From: an uncultured Bdellovibrionales bacterium
GTDB taxonomy: Bacteria > Patescibacteriota > Minisyncoccia > Moranbacterales > UBA1568
Length of the DNA: 64,000 nt
Reading direction: 5' to 3'
Assembly (NCBI GenBank): GCA_964594215.1
Contig: CAZQLN010000002.1
Location: 41,855-105,854, forward strand
The notes beneath the pieces were generated by a model that was not told where the DNA came from, searched no databases, and worked only from the letters and a program-made list of their open reading frames with translations. Below are positions 1 to 10,567 of the stretch, piece by piece (positions within the stretch are counted from its first letter, which is position 1; every line of letters begins with the position of its first letter). The translations under genes were made by a program, and so were the position numbers.

Positions 1-1
1 G

Positions 2-187
2 CTCAGGATCACCGAGGATTACCTTACCGATTTCCTCAATCTGTATGATTTCCTCAAGAATAGGCCACAAATTCTCATCTACTGGCCAAATGCCGTAGGG
101 TACCGCTATCCTGGTCTCAGCATGAGCCAGAGCTACCCCTACCTTGGCTCGTCCCCAATCAATAGCTAAAAAGTTTTTCATTTCCAT
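2..187 (-). CDS. ruvX: RuvX/YqgF family Holliday junction resolvase-like / pre-16S rRNA nuclease, 5' part (runs off window)
   Basis: Manual translation MEMKNFLAIDWGRAKVGVALAHAETRIAVPY...IGKVILGDP matches the YqgF N-terminal LAID.G...GVA motif; not in the ORF track. Confidence 0.8.
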   Translation of the reverse strand, partial: MEMKNFLAIDWGRAKVGVALAHAETRIAVPYGIWPVDENLWPILEEIIQIEEIGKVILGDPE

Positions 188-188
188 A

Positions 189-956
189 CTACGGTCGCGT
201 CAAAACTTCCACCCCATCTTCGGTAACCAATATCGTATCCTCAAAATGAGCAGAGAGTCTATCGTCAGCCGTAATAAACGTCCAATCATCAGGGGCAATC
301 TCTACCTCATACGTACCTGCATTAACCATAGGCTCTAATGCCAAAGTCATCCCGGCTACCAAAGTAATATCTGGGATATCGCGCGTTATATAATTCGGGA
401 TTTGAATATCCTCATGCAATTCTCGGCCAACGCTGTGTCCTACCAAATCACGCACTACTGAAAATCCGGCTTGCTCAACATGATTCTGTACCGCTCGCGC
501 ATAGTCACTCACCTTAGCTCCTGGACGGATAGTCTCTATCCCGCGAAGGAGACTCTCTTCGGTGACTCGCATAATACGTTTAGCTTCATCGGAAATATTT
601 CCAATAGCAATACTACGAGCCATATCAGAAACCATTCCTTCGTAACGCATCCCAATATCAATTTTCAAGATGTCCCCTTCCTTAAGAATACAGTCTTTAC
701 GAGGAATGCCATGAACCACCTCCTCATTAAGGGAAGAACAAATAGAGCCTGGGAACGGACGCTCACTGGCTCCATAGCCCTTGAAAATAGGGATGCCACC
801 GATTTCTCGCATGCGTGTTTCCGCTAAGGTATCAAGCTCAAGTGTACTTACACCTGGCTTAGCTTGAGCGAGCACTTCACTAAGAATCCGAGCTAGGTGT
901 CGAGAAGAAGTTCTAAGACTTTCTATTTCTTGTTCATTTTTGATAAAAAGATTCAT
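189..956 (-). CDS. map: Methionine aminopeptidase type I
   Basis: CSSLNEEVVHGIP, GHSVGRELHED, ALEPMV and SAHFEDT motifs. Confidence 0.97.
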   Translation of the reverse strand: MNLFIKNEQEIESLRTSSRHLARILSEVLAQAKPGVSTLELDTLAETRMREIGGIPIFKGYGASERPFPGSICSSLNEEVVHGIPRKDCILKEGDILKIDIGMRYEGMVSDMARSIAIGNISDEAKRIMRVTEESLLRGIETIRPGAKVSDYARAVQNHVEQAGFSVVRDLVGHSVGRELHEDIQIPNYITRDIPDITLVAGMTLALEPMVNAGTYEVEIAPDDWTFITADDRLSAHFEDTILVTEDGVEVLTRP

Positions 957-970
957 AGATTTTTGAATTC

Positions 971-1639
971 CTAGAGAGACTCTTCGATACTTCGGGCAAT
1001 ATCTTCATAAGGTAGCTCTGCGTCAATCCGAACGAGCTTACCTTGTGTTTGGTAATTTTCTACTACCGGACGAGTATCGCTCACAAAAACAGCATAACGC
1101 TTGGCTACTCCTTCTTTGGTATCATCTGGTCGCTGTCCAATAACGCCACCACACACCGTACAAGCCTCTAATATCTTAATCTCTTCCCATGAGCCTATAT
1201 AAGGCGCCTTGCACTCTTGGCAAAGGAAACGCTTAGATATACGCTCAATGGCAGTTTTTTCACTTAAATCAAGAAAGATAACCTTCTCGACAGTTCGTCC
1301 TCTATCCGCAAGAGCCTTCTCGACTTCATCAACTTGTGAAATTCTTCGAGGAGCCCCATCAAGCAAAACGCCCTGATCCTGAGAGAGTGAGGTCAATATA
1401 TGAGCTACGACATCACCAATCAAACCATCTGAAACAAGCTCTTTCTTAACATTGATAACTTGATGAATAGTTTTTCCGAGATCAGTACCTGATTCTGCCA
1501 AACGACGGAGCTCACTTCCCACATCTATGTGGGCTAAACGATATTTGTTTTTTAATATGGTTGCCTGGGTACTTTTACCACTTCCTGGTGGACCAAGGAG
1601 TATGTAGTTCTTTGGTTGTGATTCAGACATTTTCACCAT
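971..1639 (-). CDS. adk: Adenylate kinase with Zn-binding lid
   Basis: GPPGSGKSTQA P-loop, LDGAPR, lid CQEC...CTVC, RPDD; follows secY. Confidence 0.95.
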   Translation of the reverse strand: MVKMSESQPKNYILLGPPGSGKSTQATILKNKYRLAHIDVGSELRRLAESGTDLGKTIHQVINVKKELVSDGLIGDVVAHILTSLSQDQGVLLDGAPRRISQVDEVEKALADRGRTVEKVIFLDLSEKTAIERISKRFLCQECKAPYIGSWEEIKILEACTVCGGVIGQRPDDTKEGVAKRYAVFVSDTRPVVENYQTQGKLVRIDAELPYEDIARSIEESL

Positions 1640-1642
1640 AGC

Positions 1643-2914
1643 TTACAAAGTCTCATAACTCCTCATCATCATCTGACTCTGAATTTGTTTAATAGTTTCT
1701 AGAACAACCGATACGACGATCAGAATACTTACTCCTCCCAGTGATACTGACTGAATCCCAGTTAGTCCCTGGACAATATACGGCATAACCGCGATAAGAC
1801 CTAGGAATAAAGCACCCGCCAAAGTAATACGATTCATAATATGGTATAGGTACTCCGCAGTGGTTCTCCCTGGACGAATGCCGGGAATATACCCCCCTTG
1901 TTTCTGTAGGTTTTCTGAGATCTTGTTTGGATCAAATACAACAGCTGTATAAAAGTAAGTAAAAACTACCACTAATACAAAGTAGATACTTCCATAAACT
2001 AATTGATCCTGAAGCCAACCAGATACCTTGACTGCGATACTTGCAACATTCTGATGGCTACTCGTCACTAAGAAATTTGCAATCATGGTTGGAATTAAAA
2101 TAAGAGAAACGGCAAAGATAATTGGAATCACACCCGCCTGATTCACTTTGAGTGGTAGGTGTGTAGAGCTACCTCCATACGAATTAGCTCCTCGCATACG
2201 TTTGGCATAGGTAACTGGAATAGTCCGTTGACCTTCGTTAACAAGAATAACTCCAGCGATCGTAGCCGCACCCACAAAAAGAAACATGATGTAAACAAAA
2301 AACTGTGATGGATCCCAGGTTGCCACAAAACGTGAGACTGCTGTTGGAAGACTTGAAACAATTCCAGCAAAGATAATCAATGATACTCCGTTGCCAAGAC
2401 CCTTTTCGGTAATTAACTCACCCAACCACATAAGGAAAATAGTCCCAGCTGTGGCTGAAATGATAATAACGGCCATAGTAAAAGGGGCAATGTCACCTAA
2501 AATATTTTGTGAACGTAAAAGTGAGAGCATGCTGAATGACTGCAGTGCCGCCAGAGGCACTGTAAGCCAGCGGGTGATCATATTGAACTTCTGGCGACCC
2601 TGCTCCCCCTCTTCCTTATAAAGGCGTTCTAGTGACGGTACAAGAGTAGTCAAGAGCTGCATAATAATCGAAGCGGTAATATACGGCGCTACACCGAGAA
2701 GTACAATAGAAATATTACTCAATCCTCCCCCAGAAAAAATATTTAACAAACCAAGAAAGGCATTATCTTCAAAAAGGCGCTTAAGAGCTAGTACATCCAC
2801 TCCTGGGAGCGGGATATTAGCTGCTATACGATACACCACCAATAAAGCCAGAATGAAAACAATCTTATTACGAAGACTAGGGACTTGAAATGCTCTGGTT
2901 AATGTTTGCCACAT
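1643..2914 (-). CDS. secY: Preprotein translocase SecY
   Basis: Multi-TM; PYITASIIMQLL, GLGNGVSLIIFAGI, NQAGVIPIIFA, IPGIRPG. Confidence 0.98.
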   Translation of the reverse strand: MWQTLTRAFQVPSLRNKIVFILALLVVYRIAANIPLPGVDVLALKRLFEDNAFLGLLNIFSGGGLSNISIVLLGVAPYITASIIMQLLTTLVPSLERLYKEEGEQGRQKFNMITRWLTVPLAALQSFSMLSLLRSQNILGDIAPFTMAVIIISATAGTIFLMWLGELITEKGLGNGVSLIIFAGIVSSLPTAVSRFVATWDPSQFFVYIMFLFVGAATIAGVILVNEGQRTIPVTYAKRMRGANSYGGSSTHLPLKVNQAGVIPIIFAVSLILIPTMIANFLVTSSHQNVASIAVKVSGWLQDQLVYGSIYFVLVVVFTYFYTAVVFDPNKISENLQKQGGYIPGIRPGRTTAEYLYHIMNRITLAGALFLGLIAVMPYIVQGLTGIQSVSLGGVSILIVVSVVLETIKQIQSQMMMRSYETL

Positions 2915-3011
2915 AGAGATAAAAACAAAATGATAGTTCCTTAAAAGAAAAAATACTCTAATACTAGAGTATTCATTCTATCCATAGTATAGCGGAGAAA
3001 AAAGGCTTTGA

Positions 3012-3434
3012 CTAGGCCTTAATTGAAAGTAATTTAGCTGCTGCAGCGCTTGCAAGAATACCCGGAGCAATGGTCAATTTCTTCTTGATGGTACCGGTAG
3101 CTACGATTTTTACGCCTTCTTTAAGAGCTTTTTTACCCACCACTTTACGGTCTACCATAAGGGCGACAGTCACCATCTCACCATCCTCAAAAGCCTTATC
3201 CAAAGAACCTAAGGTTACCGTGTGCTTCTGTGGATTAACCGCCTTTTTACCGCGAACCTTCTTCAATCGCTCAACAAACGTTGAACGACCACCTTCAAAA
3301 AGGGGGTCTATTGAGGCGCCAGAACGAGCTTTCTGACCCTTGGTACCACGACCAGCGGTAGTACCGCGCTTGCCGCCACGTCCGATACGCTTAGCGGCTT
3401 TTCTAGTTGGAAGAGTGAGTTGATGAATTTGCAT
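3012..3434 (-). CDS. rplO: 50S ribosomal protein L15
   Basis: RIGRGGKRGTTAGRGTKGQKAR, FEGG. Confidence 0.97.
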   Translation of the reverse strand: MQIHQLTLPTRKAAKRIGRGGKRGTTAGRGTKGQKARSGASIDPLFEGGRSTFVERLKKVRGKKAVNPQKHTVTLGSLDKAFEDGEMVTVALMVDRKVVGKKALKEGVKIVATGTIKKKLTIAPGILASAAAAKLLSIKA

Positions 3435-3458
3435 AATCCTATATCAGTGGTTTTTGAA

Positions 3459-4001
3459 TTAAGCGGCTATTTCTACCTCTGAAGTAGCTGGAGCTGCTTC
3501 TATCTCTTTTTTAGCACGAGGAGCCTTAAGGGTTTCCAAAGCCTTGATAGTAACACGAGCTACATTTAACGCATTTGAAGCTCCAAGAGACTTAGAAACA
3601 ATATCCTTCACGCCTAGAAGATCTACTACTGCACGAACTGATCCGCCAGCAATAACACCCTGTCCAGGACGCCCCGGCTTGAGAAGAACACGAGCGCTAC
3701 CAAGCTTAGCCAATACATCATGAGTGATCGTTCCATTTTCAAGCTCTACGGTCACCATGTTTTTCTTGGCATCATTAAACGCCTTCTGAATAGCATCAGA
3801 AACATCAGCTCCCTTAGCTACTCCTACTCCTACCTTGCCATTACGGTTACCAATAACCAACGTAGCACGGAAACGGAAACGACGGCCACCTTTAACCACA
3901 CGAGTAACTCGAGCGAGGTTGAGAAGCTTCTGCTCATACTCAGGCTTTTCGCGACGAGCTGGCTTTTTCCCTGATCTTCCTGGTTTACGTTGTTTATCCA
4001 T
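3459..4001 (-). CDS. rpsE: 30S ribosomal protein S5
   Basis: RVTRVVKGGRRFRF, VIAGGSVRAV. Confidence 0.98.
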   Translation of the reverse strand: MDKQRKPGRSGKKPARREKPEYEQKLLNLARVTRVVKGGRRFRFRATLVIGNRNGKVGVGVAKGADVSDAIQKAFNDAKKNMVTVELENGTITHDVLAKLGSARVLLKPGRPGQGVIAGGSVRAVVDLLGVKDIVSKSLGASNALNVARVTIKALETLKAPRAKKEIEAAPATSEVEIAA

Positions 4002-4015
4002 ATATTTCGATAAAA

Positions 4016-4372
4016 TTAGAATTGTATGCCTTCTCCACGAATAGCTTCAGCTAGGGCCTTCACTTTTCCATGATACTTATATCCAGCACGATCAAATACA
4101 ATCGAATCGATGCCAGCTGCTTTGAGACGTTCCCCCAGTAGTTTACCTACTTTTTCAGCACCCTCGATAGTATTCTTAGGAGTCTTACCTGTTTCTCGAA
4201 GATGAGCCTGAGCTAAAGTAGTACCTGTTTCATCATTAATACACTGTACGGAAACAGCACGGAGACTACGGAAGATGGCCACACGCGGAATAAGAGCGGT
4301 TCCAGAGATTTTGCCTCGAACACGACGCTTACGAGCTATGCGATTTTTGAGTCGATTGATTGTTTTCAACAT
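4016..4372 (-). CDS. rplR: 50S ribosomal protein L18
   Basis: VFDRAGYKYHGKVKALAEAIR. Confidence 0.97.
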   Translation of the reverse strand: MLKTINRLKNRIARKRRVRGKISGTALIPRVAIFRSLRAVSVQCINDETGTTLAQAHLRETGKTPKNTIEGAEKVGKLLGERLKAAGIDSIVFDRAGYKYHGKVKALAEAIRGEGIQF

Positions 4373-4384
4373 AGAGCGTATGTA

Positions 4385-4918
4385 TTATGAAGCTTTCTTA
4401 CCTTCTTTGCGTCTTACTGTTTCTCCGACGTAACGGAATCCTTTGCCTTTATATGGTTCAACTGGTTTGAGTTTACGTACTACCGCAGCAAACTGTCCAA
4501 CCTTTTGTTTATCAATACCCTTAACCGTCATGATGTTACCTTCGATAGTTACTTCGAGTTCACTTGGGACGGTAACCTCAACCGGATGAGAAAAGCCCAA
4601 TGCTAAAGTTACTTTCTTACCAGCAATAGCCATACGATAACCTACACCATTGAGTTCTAATTGTTTCTGAAAACCATTCAACACTCCCTCGCACATATTG
4701 GTCATCATTTTGGCAGTAGTGCCCCAAAGAGCCTGGGCAAGCTTGGTGCTCCCCTTTTTCTCAATAGTGATTTCACTCTCTGTTAGCACGACAGCCACTT
4801 CACGACGAAAAGCAAATTCGAGAGTTCCTTTTGGCCCTTTCACGGTCACAACATTCGCACTCAAACTAGCTTCTACACCAGTTGGGATACTAATCGGTTT
4901 TTTTCCAATTCTGCTCAT
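4385..4918 (-). CDS. rplF: 50S ribosomal protein L6
   Basis: MSRIGKKPI, EPYKGKG, RRKEGK. Confidence 0.98.
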   Translation of the reverse strand: MSRIGKKPISIPTGVEASLSANVVTVKGPKGTLEFAFRREVAVVLTESEITIEKKGSTKLAQALWGTTAKMMTNMCEGVLNGFQKQLELNGVGYRMAIAGKKVTLALGFSHPVEVTVPSELEVTIEGNIMTVKGIDKQKVGQFAAVVRKLKPVEPYKGKGFRYVGETVRRKEGKKAS

Positions 4919-4930
4919 AGTAGTACTGTA

Positions 4931-5335
4931 TTACCAAACCTTACAGAGAAACTCACCGCCTAAACCTTTACGGTAAGCATTACCACCAGTCATTACCCCT
5001 TGAGAGGTAGACAGAATAGAGATACCGTAGCCATTCTTCACTTTACGGACTTCCTTGCTCTTGACATAAATACGACACCCTTCTGTGCTCACGCGGGTGA
5101 TCTCCTGAATGGCTGGCATGCGCTTGGTTGGATTGATTTGGGTATAACGAAGGCCAAGAACGAGGACCGCTAACGCTCCTTCGCCATCTTTGGTAACACT
5201 CTCGATAAAGCCTTCTTCAAGTAATACCGTAGCAATCTTTTCTTTGAATTTAGACAACGGAATACGTACGCTCCCATGGCCAGCGGCCTGTGCGTTACGA
5301 ATGCGTGTAATCATGTCTGCGATTGGATCTAACAT
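4931..5335 (-). CDS. rpsH: 30S ribosomal protein S8
   Basis: DPIADMITRIRNA, ILSTSQGVMT, GGEFLCKVW. Confidence 0.98.
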   Translation of the reverse strand: MLDPIADMITRIRNAQAAGHGSVRIPLSKFKEKIATVLLEEGFIESVTKDGEGALAVLVLGLRYTQINPTKRMPAIQEITRVSTEGCRIYVKSKEVRKVKNGYGISILSTSQGVMTGGNAYRKGLGGEFLCKVW

Positions 5336-5352
5336 AGTTCTTGTTTCTTATA

Positions 5353-5538
5353 TTACCAGGAAGCTTTTTTGACCCCGGGGATGAGTCCAGAAAGCGCAAG
5401 CTCTCGGAAACAAATGCGACAGAGATCAAAGCGTCTCATATACCCATGCTTTCGACCACACTTCCAACAACGTCGAACAATACGGCTCGAGAATTTCGGT
5501 GTTTTCAATGCTCTTGCTTGAGTGGATGTCTTTGCCAT
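5353..5538 (-). CDS. rpsN: 30S ribosomal protein S14, Zn-binding (type Z)
   Basis: 61 aa with CWKC and [13 protein letters not shown]. Confidence 0.97.
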   Translation of the reverse strand: MAKTSTQARALKTPKFSSRIVRRCWKCGRKHGYMRRFDLCRICFRELALSGLIPGVKKASW

Positions 5539-5552
5539 ACAATATTTTTTGC

Positions 5553-6110
5553 TTATTTAGTCTCTTCTGGTTGGAGTGGTAACCCTATCAAACGGAAGAG
5601 TTCAACTCCTTCTTGTTTATTCTTGGCGGTAGTAACAATATTGACTTGAAAACTGAATAAATGTTGAACAGTTTCTGGTACAATTTCTGGAAAAACAGCG
5701 TGCTCTTTGACTCCAATATTGGCATTGCCGTAAGAATCAATAACATTTTTTTCAAGACCCTGGAAATCACGAACACGTGGTAAGGCGATAGCGAAAAGAC
5801 GATCAAGAAAACTCCACATACGCTCACCATGGAGAGTGACACGAGCTCCAATTTCGAGGTCTTCACGAATCTTGAAACCAGCAATAGCCTTACGAGCACG
5901 AGTCATCACTACCTTCTGACCGGTAATTTTTTCAAGAGCAGCCACTACCTCATCCACTCGCTTAGAGTCTTTGAGGATCTTACCAACACCAACATTCACC
6001 ACTACCTTAGCTACCTTAGGTAGGGCCATTGGGTTACTAATACCAAGAGCTTTTTTAAGCCCTGGAATAGCATCCTTCTGATATCGATCTTTGATGTTAG
6101 CTGTTTTCAT
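5553..6110 (-). CDS. rplE: 50S ribosomal protein L5
   Basis: [23 protein letters not shown]. Confidence 0.98.
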   Translation of the reverse strand: MKTANIKDRYQKDAIPGLKKALGISNPMALPKVAKVVVNVGVGKILKDSKRVDEVVAALEKITGQKVVMTRARKAIAGFKIREDLEIGARVTLHGERMWSFLDRLFAIALPRVRDFQGLEKNVIDSYGNANIGVKEHAVFPEIVPETVQHLFSFQVNIVTTAKNKQEGVELFRLIGLPLQPEETK

Positions 6111-6118
6111 AGAATAAT

Positions 6119-6421
6119 TTAGAGGACTTTACCTGATCGTTTACTGATACGTACTTTTTCACCGTTCTTGATTTGGTAGGATACGCGAGTTGGCTTATCT
6201 GTTTCATTACACACCAACATCACATTTGATACATGAAGTGGCGCTTCTTTTTCTATACGCTCACCCTTACGACCACTTTCTGGCTTCAGATGACGCTTCA
6301 TCATATTCACCCCACTCACCACTACTTTATCAAGAGTCGGAATAACACGAGCAACCGTACCGCGCTTACCGCGGTCTTTGCCTGCTATAATCTGTACTTG
6401 ATCTCCTTTTTTGATCTTCAT
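6119..6421 (-). CDS. rplX: 50S ribosomal protein L24
   Basis: MKIKKGDQVQIIAGKDRGK KOW motif, EAPLHVSNV; start trimmed to ATG at 6421. Confidence 0.96.
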   Translation of the reverse strand: MKIKKGDQVQIIAGKDRGKRGTVARVIPTLDKVVVSGVNMMKRHLKPESGRKGERIEKEAPLHVSNVMLVCNETDKPTRVSYQIKNGEKVRISKRSGKVL

Positions 6422-6431
6422 AGAATTCTTT

Positions 6432-6803
6432 TTACAAAACTTCAGGAGCGAGTGAAACAATCTTGGAATAACCCTTTTCGCGGAGTTCACGGGCAACTGG
6501 TCCGAAAATACGAGTTCCTTTGGGGTCCTTGTTGTTACTATCCAAAATAACAGCGGCATTTTCATCAAAACGAATATAGGAGTTGTCTTTACGTCGGTAG
6601 GTTTTGACCTGACGCACAATTACCGCCTTCACCTTGTCTCCTTTTTTGACAGAACCGCGCGGTTCTGCAGATTTGACTGAAGCAACAATAATATCTCCAA
6701 GTGCAGCATAGCGACGACGAGTTCCACCAAGCACCTTAAAACACTTGATGAGTTTAGCACCACTGTTGTCAGCTACTTTTAACATGCTTTCTACCTGAAT
6801 CAT
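6432..6803 (-). CDS. rplN: 50S ribosomal protein L14
   Basis: [36 protein letters not shown]. Confidence 0.98.
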   Translation of the reverse strand: MIQVESMLKVADNSGAKLIKCFKVLGGTRRRYAALGDIIVASVKSAEPRGSVKKGDKVKAVIVRQVKTYRRKDNSYIRFDENAAVILDSNNKDPKGTRIFGPVARELREKGYSKIVSLAPEVL

Positions 6804-6831
6804 ATTTGTGTTCTCACAGTTGGAATATTGT

Positions 6832-7089
6832 TTATGCCTTAGCTACTACTTGATGACGCTTATCTTTACTGTATGGACGACACTCTTGGAAAATTACCAT
6901 GTCCCCTATCTGATACTGATTAGTTTCATCATGTACCTTATAGCGCTTACTTGAGGTGTACTGTTTGCGATACTTCGTATGAGTCTTCAGTGTATCTACT
7001 TTGACAACAATGGTCTTATCCATCACAGCACTAACTACCACACCTTTGTGCGTTGGTACTTTTTTAGTTGTAAGAGTCACTGCTTCCAT
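6832..7089 (-). CDS. rpsQ: 30S ribosomal protein S17
   Basis: [24 protein letters not shown]. Confidence 0.97.
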   Translation of the reverse strand: MEAVTLTTKKVPTHKGVVVSAVMDKTIVVKVDTLKTHTKYRKQYTSSKRYKVHDETNQYQIGDMVIFQECRPYSKDKRHQVVAKA

Positions 7090-7117
7090 ATAAATGTTTC
7101 TTTAGTAAAGATATAGT

Positions 7118-7333
7118 CTAACCAACATTTTGGCTTTCGTCAAGCGAAACTTCTTCTTGGCGAGCGAGGGTCTTCAAACGAGCGATGTCCTTCTTGATCT
7201 TGTGATAATCACTCACGTTTTTCGCTTCTCGAGTTGCCATATCAAAGCGAAGCTTACGAGCCTGTTCCTGGAGGTCAATAAGCGCTTTAGCGCGTTCTGT
7301 CTTCGTTTTTTCCTGCCACTGTGTTGCTTTCAT
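7118..7333 (-). CDS. rpmC: 50S ribosomal protein L29
   Basis: LRFDMAT...IKKDIARLKT; between rplP and rpsQ. Confidence 0.93.
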   Translation of the reverse strand: MKATQWQEKTKTERAKALIDLQEQARKLRFDMATREAKNVSDYHKIKKDIARLKTLARQEEVSLDESQNVG

Positions 7334-7341
7334 AAAATTCC

Positions 7342-7755
7342 TTATTGTTTTTCAATAAAACGAGTTTTCACCGCCAACTTATGTGCTGCTAAACGCATTG
7401 CTTCCTGAGCAGCCTCTTTACTAACGCCATCAAGCTCAAAAAGTACTCTTCCTGCTCGGATCTTAGACACAAAATGATCAACGCTACCCTTTCCTTTACC
7501 CATAGGAGTTTGTTCCCCTTTTTTAGTCATTGGTTTATCTGGGAAAATACGGATCCATACTTTACCGCCACGCTGAATAGAACGGGTCATGGCACGACGA
7601 GCAGCTTCAATCTGACGAGCAGAAATAATACCCTGTTCTGTTGCCTTAAGACCAAAGCTTCCAAAGCTCACCTTGTCCCCTCGGTTTGCGGGCGACTTAA
7701 ACCAACCCCCTCGGTGGATTTTTCGGTGTTTTACTTTTCTTGGTTGGAGTAACAT
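7342..7755 (-). CDS. rplP: 50S ribosomal protein L16
   Basis: [28 protein letters not shown]. Confidence 0.98.
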   Translation of the reverse strand: MLLQPRKVKHRKIHRGGWFKSPANRGDKVSFGSFGLKATEQGIISARQIEAARRAMTRSIQRGGKVWIRIFPDKPMTKKGEQTPMGKGKGSVDHFVSKIRAGRVLFELDGVSKEAAQEAMRLAAHKLAVKTRFIEKQ

Positions 7756-7776
7756 AAGCGTGTCTTTTTTGGTGGA

Positions 7777-8448
7777 CTATTCTTGCTCTTCTTTATTAAC
7801 GGCTTCTTTGAACTTCTCTCCTTTATAAATCCAGACCTTGATTCCAATAACTCCGTAGGTAGTGGCAGCTTCATAGCGAGAAAAATCAATATCGGCACGA
7901 AGCGTATGAAGAGGAATTTTTCCTCGTGACAACCATTCGCGACGAGACATTTCAGCTCCTCCAAGACGACCACAGATTTCAATCTTCACTCCCTCAATAC
8001 CTTTGTGACTCTCAACCTGATCGAGCATACCCTTCAAGATACGACGAAATGGGATACGACGCTCAAGTTGTTCAGCTACCTGCTGAGCCACAAGCATAGC
8101 ATTGGTTTCGGCCTGTTTGACCTCGAGTACCTCTACTTTGAGATCAATCTTCTTGCCAGCAAAAAAACGCTTCTTAATAACTCGGGTTAGATCTTCAATG
8201 CCTGTACCGCCACGGCCAATCAACACACCTGGACGAGAAGTTTCAATAATCAAACGAAGAGCGTTTGCTGAACGTTCAATGCCAACAGATGCAATGGCAG
8301 CCGCCTTCCATTTTTTCATGATCAGCTCTCTCATCTCAACATCTTTCTTGAGTTGTTCACGGTACATTTTCTTCGCGCCAAACCAGCGAGATTGCCAGCC
8401 CGTTGTGATTCCAAGACGTACTCCAGTTGGATTTACTTTATGTCCCAT
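7777..8448 (-). CDS. rpsC: 30S ribosomal protein S3
   Basis: MGHKVNP, RPGVLIGRGG, PLHTLRADID, GVIGIKVWI. Confidence 0.98.
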   Translation of the reverse strand: MGHKVNPTGVRLGITTGWQSRWFGAKKMYREQLKKDVEMRELIMKKWKAAAIASVGIERSANALRLIIETSRPGVLIGRGGTGIEDLTRVIKKRFFAGKKIDLKVEVLEVKQAETNAMLVAQQVAEQLERRIPFRRILKGMLDQVESHKGIEGVKIEICGRLGGAEMSRREWLSRGKIPLHTLRADIDFSRYEAATTYGVIGIKVWIYKGEKFKEAVNKEEQE

Positions 8449-8451
8449 AGT

Positions 8452-8967
8452 TTATACAGATTTTCTTTGAAATACTTTAGTAACCTTTGCTGCTTGTGTT
8501 GGCACTGCTGTTCCTATTTTTTCTTGGGCAAGTTTTTTCGGAGCATTCTTTTTTGTTTCGCCCTCTTGGCTGTCAGCTATTTCTTCTTTAGCAACTACCT
8601 TCTTCTTAGCAGGCGCCACTCGATCCTTACCCTCAATCTTTTCATCAAGGATAATCGTCACATGACAACCTCGACGAAGAAGGGGTGTTGCTCTTCCGAA
8701 AGCTCGCGGCAACCAACGCTTCAATGTCGCTGCTTCACCAACACGAATATCGGTAATATAGAGATTCTCGACTGCCAAACCATAGTTGTTAGTAGCGTTA
8801 GCAATAGCACTTTTCAGAAGTGGTTCAAGATGTCCAGATGACTTCTTTATCTGCTTAGAAAGCTGGATCAAAGCTTCGCGCGCATCAATACCAACCAATC
8901 CGCGTGTGACAAGACGGGTCTTTCTAGCTGATATACGTAAGTTTTTGAGGGTTGCTTGTACTTTCAT
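8452..8967 (-). CDS. rplV: 50S ribosomal protein L22 with C-terminal extension
   Basis: RISARKTRLV, SAIANA, PRAFGRA. Confidence 0.96.
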   Translation of the reverse strand: MKVQATLKNLRISARKTRLVTRGLVGIDAREALIQLSKQIKKSSGHLEPLLKSAIANATNNYGLAVENLYITDIRVGEAATLKRWLPRAFGRATPLLRRGCHVTIILDEKIEGKDRVAPAKKKVVAKEEIADSQEGETKKNAPKKLAQEKIGTAVPTQAAKVTKVFQRKSV

Positions 8968-8975
8968 AATAAAAA

Positions 8976-9317
8976 CTATTTCTTAGCACTTTGAGAAGCT
9001 TTTGCAGCTTTTGCCGCGTCAAGTTCTCGCTGCTTAGCGGCTTGTTCCAGTTCTTTCTGCATCTTTCCTCCATGACGATAGAATTTACGAGTCGGAGAAA
9101 ATTCTCCTAAACGGTGTCCTACCATTTCTTCAGTCACGAAAACACTAATATGCTCTCGTCCGTTGTGTACTCCAAAGGTAAAGCCCACCATTTCTGGCGC
9201 AATGACGCAGGCACGAGACCAGGTTTTGATGATTTCACGATCACCAAGCTTCTTGCCCTCAAGCTTTTTGAGGACACGTGGATCTACGTATGGACCTTTT
9301 TTGAGACTACGTGACAT
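8976..9317 (-). CDS. rpsS: 30S ribosomal protein S19
   Basis: [29 protein letters not shown]. Confidence 0.98.
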   Translation of the reverse strand: MSRSLKKGPYVDPRVLKKLEGKKLGDREIIKTWSRACVIAPEMVGFTFGVHNGREHISVFVTEEMVGHRLGEFSPTRKFYRHGGKMQKELEQAAKQRELDAAKAAKASQSAKK

Positions 9318-9328
9318 AGATTCTTTGA

Positions 9329-10156
9329 TTACTTCTTGTTACGACGACGGATAATATATTTATTTGTCGGATTCTTTTTCTTGCGAGTCTTCTTGCCGAG
9401 TGCTGGCTTACCCCATGGAGTTTTCGGATGCATACCCAACGGCTGACGTCCTTCTCCACCACCATGTGGGTGATCTACTGGGTTCATAGCAGAACCACGT
9501 ACTGCCGGTCGCTTGTTCATATGACGAGCTCTTCCAGCCTTTCCAATAGTGACCGAGCCATGCTCGAAGTTACTCACTTGGCCGATGGTAGCATAACACT
9601 CTTTATTCACCAAACGAATTTCACTTGAGGTAAGCTTTACTTGAGCCATAGGACCATCTAAAGCCATCAAAGTGGCCTGAGTACCAGCGCTACGAACAAT
9701 TTGACCACCCTTACCTACTTTCATTTCAATATTACAAATGATGGTTCCTGGTGGAATATTTTTCAAAGGCAAGCGAGATCCTTCCTGAATAGGAGCGTTC
9801 TCACCAGAAACAACTGTCTGTCCCACACGCATTTTTTCTGTAGCTAAGATATAGCGCTTCTCACCATCTGCATACGCTACGAGGGCGATGAGCGCTGAAC
9901 GGTTAGGATCCTTTTCGATACTCTTGATAACACCCTGGATATCAAACTTGTTCTGACGAAAGTCCACCATACGATAACGACGCTTGTGCCCTCCGCCCTG
10001 ATGTCGTACAGAAATTTTTCCATGAGAACGTCCAGCCTTTTTCTTGTAAGAAGAAAGGAGCGATTTCTCTGGAGCACGATCAGTCACCGCCTCTGGTTTT
10101 ACCACAGACATGTTACGTCGTCCTGCATTATTTCGTTTGTAGACTTTGATTGCCAT
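9329..10156 (-). CDS. rplB: 50S ribosomal protein L2
   Basis: [28 protein letters not shown]. Confidence 0.99.
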   Translation of the reverse strand: MAIKVYKRNNAGRRNMSVVKPEAVTDRAPEKSLLSSYKKKAGRSHGKISVRHQGGGHKRRYRMVDFRQNKFDIQGVIKSIEKDPNRSALIALVAYADGEKRYILATEKMRVGQTVVSGENAPIQEGSRLPLKNIPPGTIICNIEMKVGKGGQIVRSAGTQATLMALDGPMAQVKLTSSEIRLVNKECYATIGQVSNFEHGSVTIGKAGRARHMNKRPAVRGSAMNPVDHPHGGGEGRQPLGMHPKTPWGKPALGKKTRKKKNPTNKYIIRRRNKK

Positions 10157-10183
10157 AACGTTTCAGTTTGATAGTATGTTTCT

Positions 10184-10555
10184 TTACAGTCCTGCTTTGA
10201 ATAACTCGATACTCTGTCCTACATTAAGTGTGACGTAGGCCTTCTTCACAGCTTTGCGCTTACCAGCGATTTGTCCTCTACCAAATACTTTTGCCTTACC
10301 AGGAAGGGTGACAATATTCACAGAAGCAACTGTTACTCCATAGACTTCTTCGACAGCCCTTTTGACACTTAACTTAGTTGCCACACTTGCCACCTGAAAT
10401 ACATACTTGCCGTTAGCTCCCATTGTGTAGGCCTTTTCGGTTACACGAGGCTTCAAGAGAACACGGTAGGCGACACCAGACAAATTCATATCAGCCACCG
10501 CTTTCTTGGCTACCTTCTTAGTCTTCTTCTCAGTTTTTTCAGTAAATAGTGCCAT
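10184..10555 (-). CDS. rplW: 50S ribosomal protein L23
   Basis: PRVTEKA, YVFQV, KKAYVTL. Confidence 0.96.
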   Translation of the reverse strand: MALFTEKTEKKTKKVAKKAVADMNLSGVAYRVLLKPRVTEKAYTMGANGKYVFQVASVATKLSVKRAVEEVYGVTVASVNIVTLPGKAKVFGRGQIAGKRKAVKKAYVTLNVGQSIELFKAGL

Positions 10556-10567
10556 AAAATTCTTTTT

